Of a DNA stretch of 29,256 nt, positions 1 through 7,293 are shown in pieces. A program made the position numbers and the translations under genes. This DNA is from a virus (lineage: Duplodnaviria > Caudoviricetes). The notes under the pieces are model-generated. The model was not told where the DNA came from. It was given only the letters and a program-made list of their open reading frames with translations, and did not search any database. Numbering within the stretch: the first letter of the stretch is position 1; the number at the start of each line of letters is the position of its first letter. The stretch spans positions 1 to 29,256 of IMG/VR virus record IMGVR_UViG_3300032305_000808. One strand, given 5' to 3'.

Positions 1-123
1 ACCGTTTACGAATATGAGCCAACATTTTGGACAAAACAAAGCGGATCCGATGCATTTATTAGAGTTGTAAAAGATAATACAAATAAAGAGTTAAGCCGCG
101 AATTGATTGTTACGGGTAACCCA
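1..123. repeat. Terminal direct repeat, copy 1 (circular assembly overlap)
   Basis: 1-123 is identical to 29134-29256; the reading frame continues across the junction. Confidence 0.97.
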
Positions 124-1269
124 TTTTTTAGCCAAAACCGCGCGTTGTTAAGTTCAGCAACCGAAATAAATGCAGGCAGTAAAATTTCGGTGCAATATGA
201 TTACAAAACAAATGCAAGCCAACCAGGCATTGTTAATTTGGATTTTGTTTTAATTAATTGGGATGGCACAGTTGAGCGCACATTGAGAACAGATTTTACT
301 TTTAGGACAGGCGCAACACCGCCCGTTATTAATACGCAAATACCCGCGGGAGATAATACTAACCAATGGCACACATTTTTTGCGGAGGCGGTAGTACCTT
401 ATGAAGGCACATTTTATTTTTATTTGCGGCAAGTTGATGCAGGCGGAGGAGAAACAAAATTTCGCAATATTCAATTTAATGCAACCGGCATTTATTTGGA
501 AAACCGCACCATTATTGGTCAAACGCATACCGTTACTCAAACGCCGGTTATTAAAAATTCATTGAGTAAAACCATCGAAATGGATAATGCCCCATCCGGT
601 ATCATTCGCGGCGCATTATTTATCAATCAAATAGTTAACAACATCCAACAATTGGCAAGTAATTGGGTTGTAAAATGCGGGCAAGAGATTGGCAAACAAG
701 TAACATTTTACACCACAAGCACGGAGGAGCCGTTTGGGTTTGTTTTTGTAGGATGCCCAATTTTATTAAATGAGGGCGATACGTTTACAATAACAGATGT
801 TAATGAGTTTTTTGATCGTGAGTGGACAGTTACAGGCAGTAACCTTGTAAATGGTTTGGCGTACGTTTATGTTGAGGGTATTGAGTTCGGCACATCGGAG
901 GGGCCATATACCGGAGCAATTGAATACATCGAGCCGGACAAAGTTTTTACATCATTTGGCGAATATTCAGTTAAAGAGCAATTATTTAATTTCCAAAAGC
1001 CCCGATATAAATACAACGGTACATTGTTATACATCAATAAAGATGAGCGCACAATTAGCAATTTATCATTGTTCCAATTTGATGAGCCTGCATATAATAA
1101 CCTAAATATTATGCCCGTTGGCAGCATTGCAATTGATTACCGCAATGAAATAGCAAATTTCACCATGTGGGCATTATTTGAGCAATTGGAGGATCCATGG
1201 TGCGATTTTGGCAATTTTGTTAACAGTACCATTTACAATTTTTCGTATATTTACGACATAAAGCAGTAA
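1..1269 (+). CDS. 3' part of large tail-tip/baseplate protein (starts at 27922 and wraps the junction; ~826 aa in total)
   Basis: Frame 1 is open from 27922 through 29133 and continues at 1-1269; lies directly after the tape measure gene; beta-rich composition. Confidence 0.8.
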   Translation, partial: TVYEYEPTFWTKQSGSDAFIRVVKDNTNKELSRELIVTGNPFFSQNRALLSSATEINAGSKISVQYDYKTNASQPGIVNLDFVLINWDGTVERTLRTDFTFRTGATPPVINTQIPAGDNTNQWHTFFAEAVVPYEGTFYFYLRQVDAGGGETKFRNIQFNATGIYLENRTIIGQTHTVTQTPVIKNSLSKTIEMDNAPSGIIRGALFINQIVNNIQQLASNWVVKCGQEIGKQVTFYTTSTEEPFGFVFVGCPILLNEGDTFTITDVNEFFDREWTVTGSNLVNGLAYVYVEGIEFGTSEGPYTGAIEYIEPDKVFTSFGEYSVKEQLFNFQKPRYKYNGTLLYINKDERTISNLSLFQFDEPAYNNLNIMPVGSIAIDYRNEIANFTMWALFEQLEDPWCDFGNFVNSTIYNFSYIYDIKQ

Positions 1270-1271
1270 AA

Positions 1272-1709
1272 ATGGGGTTAGTAAAAGGAATTGACGCGGT
1301 TTTTAAAATTGAGGATGGCGGCAATGATTACGTTGTTGCGTGTGCCAGGTCGATAACTTTTGATATCCAACGCGAATTGATTGAAACAAGCGGAGCCGGT
1401 ACCGGGGTATTTAAGACATACAAACCCGCTGCCATTGGCTTTAGCGGCACAATTGAAGGTTTGGTAAATATTGCCACATCCGGCACGGTTTGGGGCATGA
1501 ACCATTTATATGATTTTTTGCTCGATGGCACATTATTGGCATGTACATTTTATGAGGTTGACGGCGGATCGCCACAGAGTTTTTTACAAAAGCAATGCAA
1601 CATGTATTTAACATCATTAACAGAGGTTGCAAGTTTCGATAATATTGCCACATTTACGGCATCATTCACCGGAAGCGGTTCAATTTCAATTACATCAGAT
1701 GAGATATAA
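1272..1709 (+). CDS. Tail-tube-fold protein (TP901-1/Phage_tail_2-like), third tube paralog, possibly distal tail protein
   Basis: VACARSITFDIQRELIETS...FSGTIEGLV...ATFTASFTGSG is the typical siphovirus tube-protein pattern; 145 aa. Confidence 0.7.
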   Translation: MGLVKGIDAVFKIEDGGNDYVVACARSITFDIQRELIETSGAGTGVFKTYKPAAIGFSGTIEGLVNIATSGTVWGMNHLYDFLLDGTLLACTFYEVDGGSPQSFLQKQCNMYLTSLTEVASFDNIATFTASFTGSGSISITSDEI

Positions 1710-3384
1710 AATTATCATTTCGTTTTTAGTGGCATTTTTAGGCGCATACGGCGTTGCATTTGCGCAACCCGCACAGTTTACCCCAATGACGGCGCAAGGG
1801 TACCAAATGAAGCGCATTAAAGCCGACAGCACGTTGCACATTCCATCATTTTGCGGGGTGCCCACAATTAAGGGGAGCACGGCAATTGATGGGGCAATTG
1901 CAATTGATACATGCGGCAATATTTTGTACAAATGGACGCGAGCGGCGGGATGGAGCCAAATAACCGGTGGCGGTGGCCCAACAGATACAACGAGTTTATC
2001 AAACCGCATAAATGGCAAAGTGGATAGTATTAAACGGTTTGCCGATTCGGTGAAATATTACAAAAATGGAGTTGCATATTTTGCATTTTTGGACAGCGTG
2101 GGAGGATCAACAATTGATACAACGAGTTTATCAAACCGCATAAATGGCAAAGTGGATAGTATTAAACGGTTTGCCGATTCGGTGAAATATTACAAAAATG
2201 GAGTTGCTTATTTTGCATTTTTGGATTCGGTCGGTACGAATCCGCCGCCATTCGGTTACTATGGTTCATTCATTGATACAACAACACAAACGGCAGCGGT
2301 TATTAATACGGCATATCCGGTTAAATTAGGATTTACTCAATTGTCAAACGGCGTTTCAATAGTCAACAATTTAAGTGGCAATCCTACACGAATTACAATA
2401 GATAACGCTGGTATTTACAACATTCAATTTTCTTTGCAGTTAGAAAAAACGGGTGGAAGTGGGAACATGACAACTGATATTTGGCTTCGAAAAAACGGCG
2501 TTAATGTACCTAATACAACCGGCAAAGTTGTTTTGACAGGTAGTGCAAACGCATCCCCAACAATCGCCGCATGGAATTATGTAATTGATGCAAGTTCAAA
2601 CGATTATTTTGAATTAATGTGGGCAACGTCAAATGTTAATGTTGAGATAGTTAAAAATGCAGCAATTGCGCCGCATCCTTTAGTACCTTCAGCAATTTTG
2701 ACCGTTACGCAGCAAAGCGGGATCATGGCGGGAACTGGAATAAGCCCGTTAGATACCGCAGCAATGTTGGCAAATTATTTAACGGGTATTGATACCGCAA
2801 GTTTATCAAACCGCATAAACACCAAATTAAACGCAACAGATACCGCAAGTTTATCAAACCGCATAAACACCAAATTAAACATAACCGATACAACTGTATT
2901 TCAACCCAAACAATTGCGGCAATATTCATTTATGGCCAATGGCACAAGTGCGGCGGCAAACGGAGCGGCAACATATTACAAAGATACCAGCGGCACATAC
3001 ACCGGTACAATTACGTGGAACGGTACCGCACCGAGTGGCGCAACAAATCATAGTTATCGATGGACGCGTATTGGCCGCATGGTTAATTTATCAGTAACAC
3101 TAATTTATGCAACGGGCAGCGGCACAAATAATACACAGGTATTAATGACATTGCCGACCGATTGCCCAACGCCAATCGATCCCACCGGATTGGGCGCGGC
3201 AACGGATGTTTTGTATAGCGGCACGGGGCATTTATCAACCTCATTAACAACATTATCGTTGGCAGGTCGTTTTGGAGTTCGTTCAAATGCGGCGGATAAT
3301 GGTTATGAGTTAATTGCACAATTTGGTAGCGGATCAGCATTACGCACCTGTTTTATTAATATAGTATATTACACAAACCAATAA
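1699..3384 (+). CDS. Tail fibre/receptor-binding-like protein with N-terminal signal peptide, internal repeats, C1q/BclA-like domain and C-terminal RBP-head-like domain
   Basis: Likely start ATG 1699 (MRYKIIISFLVAFLGAYGVAFA-Q); DT(T/A)SLSNRIN repeats; RITIDNAGIYNIQFSLQL...IWLRKNG jelly-roll pattern; C-terminal YRWTRIGRMVNL...MTLP; lies between tail tip and lysis genes. Confidence 0.7.
   Translation: MRYKIIISFLVAFLGAYGVAFAQPAQFTPMTAQGYQMKRIKADSTLHIPSFCGVPTIKGSTAIDGAIAIDTCGNILYKWTRAAGWSQITGGGGPTDTTSLSNRINGKVDSIKRFADSVKYYKNGVAYFAFLDSVGGSTIDTTSLSNRINGKVDSIKRFADSVKYYKNGVAYFAFLDSVGTNPPPFGYYGSFIDTTTQTAAVINTAYPVKLGFTQLSNGVSIVNNLSGNPTRITIDNAGIYNIQFSLQLEKTGGSGNMTTDIWLRKNGVNVPNTTGKVVLTGSANASPTIAAWNYVIDASSNDYFELMWATSNVNVEIVKNAAIAPHPLVPSAILTVTQQSGIMAGTGISPLDTAAMLANYLTGIDTASLSNRINTKLNATDTASLSNRINTKLNITDTTVFQPKQLRQYSFMANGTSAAANGAATYYKDTSGTYTGTITWNGTAPSGATNHSYRWTRIGRMVNLSVTLIYATGSGTNNTQVLMTLPTDCPTPIDPTGLGAATDVLYSGTGHLSTSLTTLSLAGRFGVRSNAADNGYELIAQFGSGSALRTCFINIVYYTNQ
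1984..2225 (+). repeat. Tandem in-frame duplication: two 110-bp copies with 132-bp (44-aa) period
   Basis: 1984-2093 and 2116-2225 differ at one position seen (gttgca vs gttgct). Confidence 0.92.
2791..2880 (+). repeat. Tandem in-frame duplication: two 42-bp copies with 48-bp (16-aa) period
   Basis: gataccgcaagtttatcaaaccgcataaacaccaaattaaac at 2791-2832 and 2839-2880. Confidence 0.92.
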
Positions 3385-3385
3385 C

Positions 3386-3589
3386 ATGGCACACATACGA
3401 CGCAAAATTGAGGGCACGCCATCGCCAACCAACCGATTGGCGTATATCATTGCAATAACTGAAAATTGGAATTTGCCATTAGAACAGCATCCGCTGATTA
3501 TCAACAATGCGGATTTGTACGAAATATCAAATGAACCAATACCAACCGATTTGGCGTTATGGAGTATTGAATACGAAACACACGAATAA
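3386..3589 (+). CDS. Small hypothetical protein (possible fibre partner/chaperone)
   Basis: 67-aa ORF starting 2 nt after the fibre stop; function inferred from position only. Confidence 0.6.
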   Translation: MAHIRRKIEGTPSPTNRLAYIIAITENWNLPLEQHPLIINNADLYEISNEPIPTDLALWSIEYETHE

Positions 3590-3600
3590 ATAAAGTTTAA

Positions 3601-3843
3601 ATGACAACGTTTGAAAATCAGCAAATAAAGGGCATAACAATTAGCACCGTAAAAACATTGATTGTTTCAACCGCATTTACATGCTCATTTATTTTTGCCA
3701 TTTATTACGGGTTAGTTAATAAGATTGAAAAAATAGGCCAGGCAACGGAGGCAAATAATAAATTAATTGAGTTGCGTTTATCATATTTAGAGCAAAAAAT
3801 AAACGCATTGGAAATACAAATAAACCAAATTAAAAAACCATGA
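3601..3843 (+). CDS. Single-TM, coiled-coil membrane protein (holin/antiholin-like)
   Basis: Hydrophobic LIVSTAFTCSFIFAIYYGLV followed by a heptad-rich tail; first gene of the lysis cassette. Confidence 0.6.
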   Translation: MTTFENQQIKGITISTVKTLIVSTAFTCSFIFAIYYGLVNKIEKIGQATEANNKLIELRLSYLEQKINALEIQINQIKKP

Positions 3844-4070
3844 GCCAACTATTTAAATTAAATATTGAGGATTTAGCGAAGGGCATTATTTTAAGCGTAT
3901 TAACGTCCGTTGTTACGGTTATTTACAACACCGTTAATGCAGGATCATTAACATTTGATTGGCAAAATATAGGAGTAACAGCAATAACAAGTGCATTGGC
4001 GTATTTGCTTAAAAATTACCTAACCAACAGCAAAGGGGAGTTTGCAAGCCGCGAAACCAACCGCCCGTAA
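3840..4070 (+). CDS. Putative holin (2 TM)
   Basis: 76 aa, two hydrophobic helices separated by TFDWQ, charged C-terminus; ATGA overlap with the upstream gene. Confidence 0.7.
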   Translation: MSQLFKLNIEDLAKGIILSVLTSVVTVIYNTVNAGSLTFDWQNIGVTAITSALAYLLKNYLTNSKGEFASRETNRP

Positions 4071-4958
4071 ATGGGCCCAAATATGATCATTAAAGAATTA
4101 AACCGCAATGTGCATCAGGTGCATGTTGACATTGAGCACAGCGGGGAAAAATGGTTTTTATTATCATCGGATCATCATTGGGATAACCCCGATGCAGACC
4201 GCGAAATGATTGAAAAACATTTAAAGCAGGCACAGGAAAAAAATGCGCCCGTTTTTATGTTTGGCGATTTTTTTTGTGCGATGCAGGGCAAATATGATCG
4301 GCGGAGCGATAAAAACAAAGTAAGGCCGGAACATCAAAACGCGCATTATTTGGATTCGTTGGTTGATACGGCGGCGGATTGGTTGAAACCATATGCAGAT
4401 AATATTGCAGTTATTGGCCAGGGCAACCATGAAACGGCGATATTAAAAAACCATGAAACAAATTTAATTGAACGGTTGGTTGAGCGGTTAAATATTGGCC
4501 GTGAAAATAAAACCTATTCCGGCGGTTATGGTGGCTACATTTGGTTAATGTTGCACCGTGGCAGCGATGGTGGCAAATTTCCGCTAAAATTAAAATATTA
4601 CCATGGACATGGTGGCGGCGGCCCAATTACAAAAGGAGTTATCCAAAGCGCACGCCAGGCGATGTATTTGCCGGATGCGGATATTGTGGTTAGCGGGCAC
4701 GTACATGAGCAATACAATGTTTGTTTTATGCAGGAAAGGTTGCGGCCCGATGGCAAAATTTGTTTAAAAGAACAATGGCATTTGAGGTTACCGACATATA
4801 AAGATGAATATAAAGATGGGTTTGGCGGTTGGCACATTGAGACGGGCAAAATGCCAAAGCCGGTGGGCGCATGGTGGCTTGTGGTTAGATTTGTGAGAAG
4901 CCGGCAAAATGGTGAGGACAAAAGTTATTTGGAGTACGATTTTATTAAAGCAAAATAA
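4071..4958 (+). CDS. Calcineurin-like metallophosphoesterase
   Basis: All five motifs are present: SDHH, FGDFF, GNHE, YHGHG, SGHVH; alternative start at 4083. Confidence 0.85.
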   Translation: MGPNMIIKELNRNVHQVHVDIEHSGEKWFLLSSDHHWDNPDADREMIEKHLKQAQEKNAPVFMFGDFFCAMQGKYDRRSDKNKVRPEHQNAHYLDSLVDTAADWLKPYADNIAVIGQGNHETAILKNHETNLIERLVERLNIGRENKTYSGGYGGYIWLMLHRGSDGGKFPLKLKYYHGHGGGGPITKGVIQSARQAMYLPDADIVVSGHVHEQYNVCFMQERLRPDGKICLKEQWHLRLPTYKDEYKDGFGGWHIETGKMPKPVGAWWLVVRFVRSRQNGEDKSYLEYDFIKAK

Positions 4959-4959
4959 A

Positions 4960-5244
4960 ATGGAAAAAGTAATAGTTAACGAAGCGCCGGAAGTTGAAGC
5001 AACAAATAATGAGGTTGAGGAATCGGACGAAATAGAGGTTGCATTTGCAACAGATCATGATTACATACAAAGTGCATATTTTGCAATGGCATCCGTTGCG
5101 GATGTGGACGCGATGATATTGAGCAAAGCGGATGAGATACGCGTTAAACGCATCCGCCGTCAATCTTTGCGCATTATTTCCGAATGTTTAAACACGTTAT
5201 ACGATGAAATATTTGATGATGGCAATGACAATGTTGCTGATTAG
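4960..5244 (+). CDS. Small acidic hypothetical protein
   Basis: ATG 4960 directly after the phosphoesterase stop; D/E-rich, 94 aa. Confidence 0.7.
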   Translation: MEKVIVNEAPEVEATNNEVEESDEIEVAFATDHDYIQSAYFAMASVADVDAMILSKADEIRVKRIRRQSLRIISECLNTLYDEIFDDGNDNVAD

Positions 5245-5683
5245 TTGCAATGCATTAAAAAAAGGTGAGCGTCAAATTGACAAAGGGATAAAAAATAATA
5301 AAGCATATTTTGCCTACCAATGCGCAACCAATTACCCGGTGCTATATAGTGAGCCCGATACGGTTGTAAAAACGGAGTATGATTTTTTAGAGATTTTGTG
5401 CCCAGGCATGGACACAATAACAGAACGCGATACAATTTACCAATTAAGGCCGCAAACGTCTTATTTGATACAACGGCCAACCATGGTGCGGACAGAGGAT
5501 AAAATTAAATACATAACAGTCAAAATAAAGGACAGCGCATGCGGTTATTTATTGGCCGATACGAATAAAAATTATGAGGTTATCAAATACCATGCGGGCA
5601 AATTATCAAAATGGAATATTTGGTTATTAGTTTTATTAGTTTTGTCTTTATTTGGTAATTTATATCAATTGATCCGCAAATGA
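5204..5683 (+). CDS. Unimolecular spanin (u-spanin)
   Basis: N-terminal lipoprotein signal MKYLMMAMTMLLIS-C plus C-terminal TM WNIWLLVLLVLSLFG with basic tail; adjacent to the endolysin. Confidence 0.75.
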   Translation: MKYLMMAMTMLLISCNALKKGERQIDKGIKNNKAYFAYQCATNYPVLYSEPDTVVKTEYDFLEILCPGMDTITERDTIYQLRPQTSYLIQRPTMVRTEDKIKYITVKIKDSACGYLLADTNKNYEVIKYHAGKLSKWNIWLLVLLVLSLFGNLYQLIRK

Positions 5684-6255
5684 TTAACCAAATTATTTTA
5701 AATAACCGGTTAACATCATCCGGCCTTTACAAAACCCCTAACAAATATCATTTGCGGGGCATTTGTGCAATTATTGACTATTCATTCAACATTGCTCAAA
5801 TAAATGATTGGCGTAAAATTGCCTACATATTGGCAACGGCATACCATGAAACGGCCCGCACATTTGAGCCAATTGATGAGTTTGGCAAAGGCAAGGGCAA
5901 ACCATACGGGCAAAAGATTAAGCAAAGCAAAAGGCGTTATTTAGTGCCCGATAAATTATATTTTGGGCGCGGGTTGGTGCAATTAACGTGGTATGAGAAT
6001 TACGAGCGTTTCGGCAAATATTTAGGCATCGACCTATTAAACCAACCGGAGTTGTGTTTAAATTTGGATGTATCGGTAAAAATATTAGTTGAGGGCATGC
6101 AATGCGGCATGTTCACCGGCGTTGGATTGGATAGATATTTTAATGATCAGCGGGAGGATTACATCAATGCCCGCAAAATTGTTAATGGGTTAGATAAAGC
6201 GGAATTAATTGCAGGGTATGCGCAAAAGTTCCTGTTTTGTTGTAATATTGCTTAG
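5680..6255 (+). CDS. Endolysin, glycoside hydrolase family 19 (chitinase-like)
   Basis: AYILATAYHET, EPIDE, YFGRGLVQLTWYENY, ARKIVNGLDKA motifs. Confidence 0.88.
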   Translation: MINQIILNNRLTSSGLYKTPNKYHLRGICAIIDYSFNIAQINDWRKIAYILATAYHETARTFEPIDEFGKGKGKPYGQKIKQSKRRYLVPDKLYFGRGLVQLTWYENYERFGKYLGIDLLNQPELCLNLDVSVKILVEGMQCGMFTGVGLDRYFNDQREDYINARKIVNGLDKAELIAGYAQKFLFCCNIA

Positions 6256-6320
6256 GGTTCGTTTCATACATAGGTTTATTGTTTTTGTTCGGGCTGCCGT
6301 TTCTACGGTGGCCTTTTTTA
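6251..6320 (+). ncRNA. Candidate small RNA / endolysin 3'UTR carrying an anti-start-codon, U-rich tract
   Basis: TAATATTG (-7-like) at 6243-6250, then GTTCGTTTCATACATAGGTTTATTGTTTTTG, then a terminator; complementary to phage start regions; hypothesis only. Confidence 0.35.
6292..6319 (+). terminator. Rho-independent terminator ending the late/lysis operon
   Basis: GGCTGCCGT-TTCT-ACGGTGGCC stem (two G.U pairs) followed by TTTTTT. Confidence 0.85.
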
Positions 6321-6382
6321 CGTATAAATACTTAGTTTTTCTACGTAGTTATACGTAATTTGATAAAATCAACGATAAAATA

Positions 6383-6415
6383 TTTGGTAAAATGATTTAG
6401 GCAATTGTATATTTG
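6383..6415 (+). promoter_or_regulatory. Bacteroidota housekeeping-sigma promoter (-33 TTTG / -7 TAnnTTTG) driving the early operon
   Basis: TTTG 6383-6386, 21-nt spacer, TATATTTG 6408-6415; followed by an A-rich leader and ATG 6451. Confidence 0.85.
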
Positions 6416-6450
6416 TGGAAACAAAACAAAAAACCTAAAAAACAAAAATT

Positions 6451-6582
6451 ATGCTTTACGTTAGAACCCCATTATTCGGAAATGAATTTAAAGTTTGCAA
6501 TGAAATAACAGATGAAATTGTTGCAATATTTTTTAATCAACATGACGCGATTGCATATTGCGAATTAAAAAACAATAATTAA
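6451..6582 (+). CDS. Early micro-protein (43 aa)
   Basis: Read manually: MLYVRTPLFGNEFKVCNEITDEIVAIFFNQHDAIAYCELKNNN; A-rich leader; first ORF after the promoter. Confidence 0.65.
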   Translation: MLYVRTPLFGNEFKVCNEITDEIVAIFFNQHDAIAYCELKNNN

Positions 6583-6603
6583 TAACCACTAAAAAACAAA
6601 ACC

Positions 6604-6687
6604 ATGAACGAACAAACAAAAAATTGGATTATCGTAACATTAGGCATTTTATTTGCATTATTTGCCGATGCATTATTTAACTTTTAA
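6604..6687 (+). CDS. Early membrane micro-peptide (27 aa)
   Basis: MNEQTKNWIIVTLGILFALFADALFNF; leader CTAAAAAACAAAACC. Confidence 0.6.
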   Translation: MNEQTKNWIIVTLGILFALFADALFNF

Positions 6688-6690
6688 AAC

Positions 6691-6849
6691 ATGAACAAAC
6701 CAAAAGCGGGGCGCAAACGACTAAACCCCAAACAACTAAAAAAACCCATCACCATTTATTTAACACAGGAAACAATTGAGCGCATCGGGCGCGCACAAAT
6801 CCTAAAAACATTAAACAACTATGCAACACAAACTTTTTTACATCAATGA
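6691..6849 (+). CDS. Small basic DNA-binding protein (ribbon-helix-helix/BrnA-like pattern, 52 aa)
   Basis: MNKPKAGRKRLNPKQLKKPITIYLTQETIERIGRAQILKTL: GRK arm, beta strand, then helices. Confidence 0.55.
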   Translation: MNKPKAGRKRLNPKQLKKPITIYLTQETIERIGRAQILKTLNNYATQTFLHQ

Positions 6850-7141
6850 GTACTCAATTTTAGATAAAACAATTGAGGTTGATATTTTGCCCAATAAATA
6901 CATTGATGAGCTCGTTGAAATTAATTACAATAATTTTATGGATTTCATGGAATTGCACGGCCATTTGGAAGGATTAGAGGAAATGAGTTTAACCGAAATT
7001 GATTTAAACACATTGGTTGAAGTTGAGCAAATAATTTACCAATACATTGTGAGCCGCGTTTTAAACATGGACAAAGTAATTAATCAAACGGAATCATTGT
7101 TAAAACATTTTGGCGAAATATTTAAACCCTTTCAATCATGA
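6821..7141 (+). CDS. Hypothetical acidic protein
   Basis: 106-aa ORF tiled in the early operon. Confidence 0.7.
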   Translation: MQHKLFYINEYSILDKTIEVDILPNKYIDELVEINYNNFMDFMELHGHLEGLEEMSLTEIDLNTLVEVEQIIYQYIVSRVLNMDKVINQTESLLKHFGEIFKPFQS

Positions 7142-7293
7142 TTACTTGGCTAATTTTATTTATCATTTTTAATATTATCATCTCATTTTTAATATTTAAT
7201 TTTTATGATCGCGTATTATTCAAAAAAGAAACGCGCCAACGCATCAAAAAAGAGCAACGATTGGCGCGGTATTATTCGAGCCATACGGCATGA
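7138..7293 (+). CDS. Small membrane protein (51 aa, N-terminal TM, basic tail)
   Basis: MITWLILFIIFNIIISFLIFNFYDRVLFKKETRQRIKKEQRLARYYSSHTA; ATGA overlaps at both ends. Confidence 0.6.
   Translation: MITWLILFIIFNIIISFLIFNFYDRVLFKKETRQRIKKEQRLARYYSSHTA

Noticed and set aside
1-123. Biological terminal repeat or att site
   Set aside because: It falls mid-gene and is exact, as expected of an assembler overlap; no integrase is present
1627-1698. Longer N-terminus of the fibre ORF from TTG 1627
   Set aside because: It overlaps the upstream gene by 83 nt and reads as non-protein-like; ATG 1699 gives normal coupling
1984-2880. CRISPR array
   Set aside because: Repeats are in-frame coding duplications with periods that are multiples of 3; there are no unique spacers or cas operon
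6182-6271. Minus-strand peptide MYETNPKQYYNKTGTFAHTLQLIPLYLTH starting at 6271
   Set aside because: It is antisense to the endolysin with no minus-strand promoter seen; kept only as the alternative explanation for the sRNA candidate
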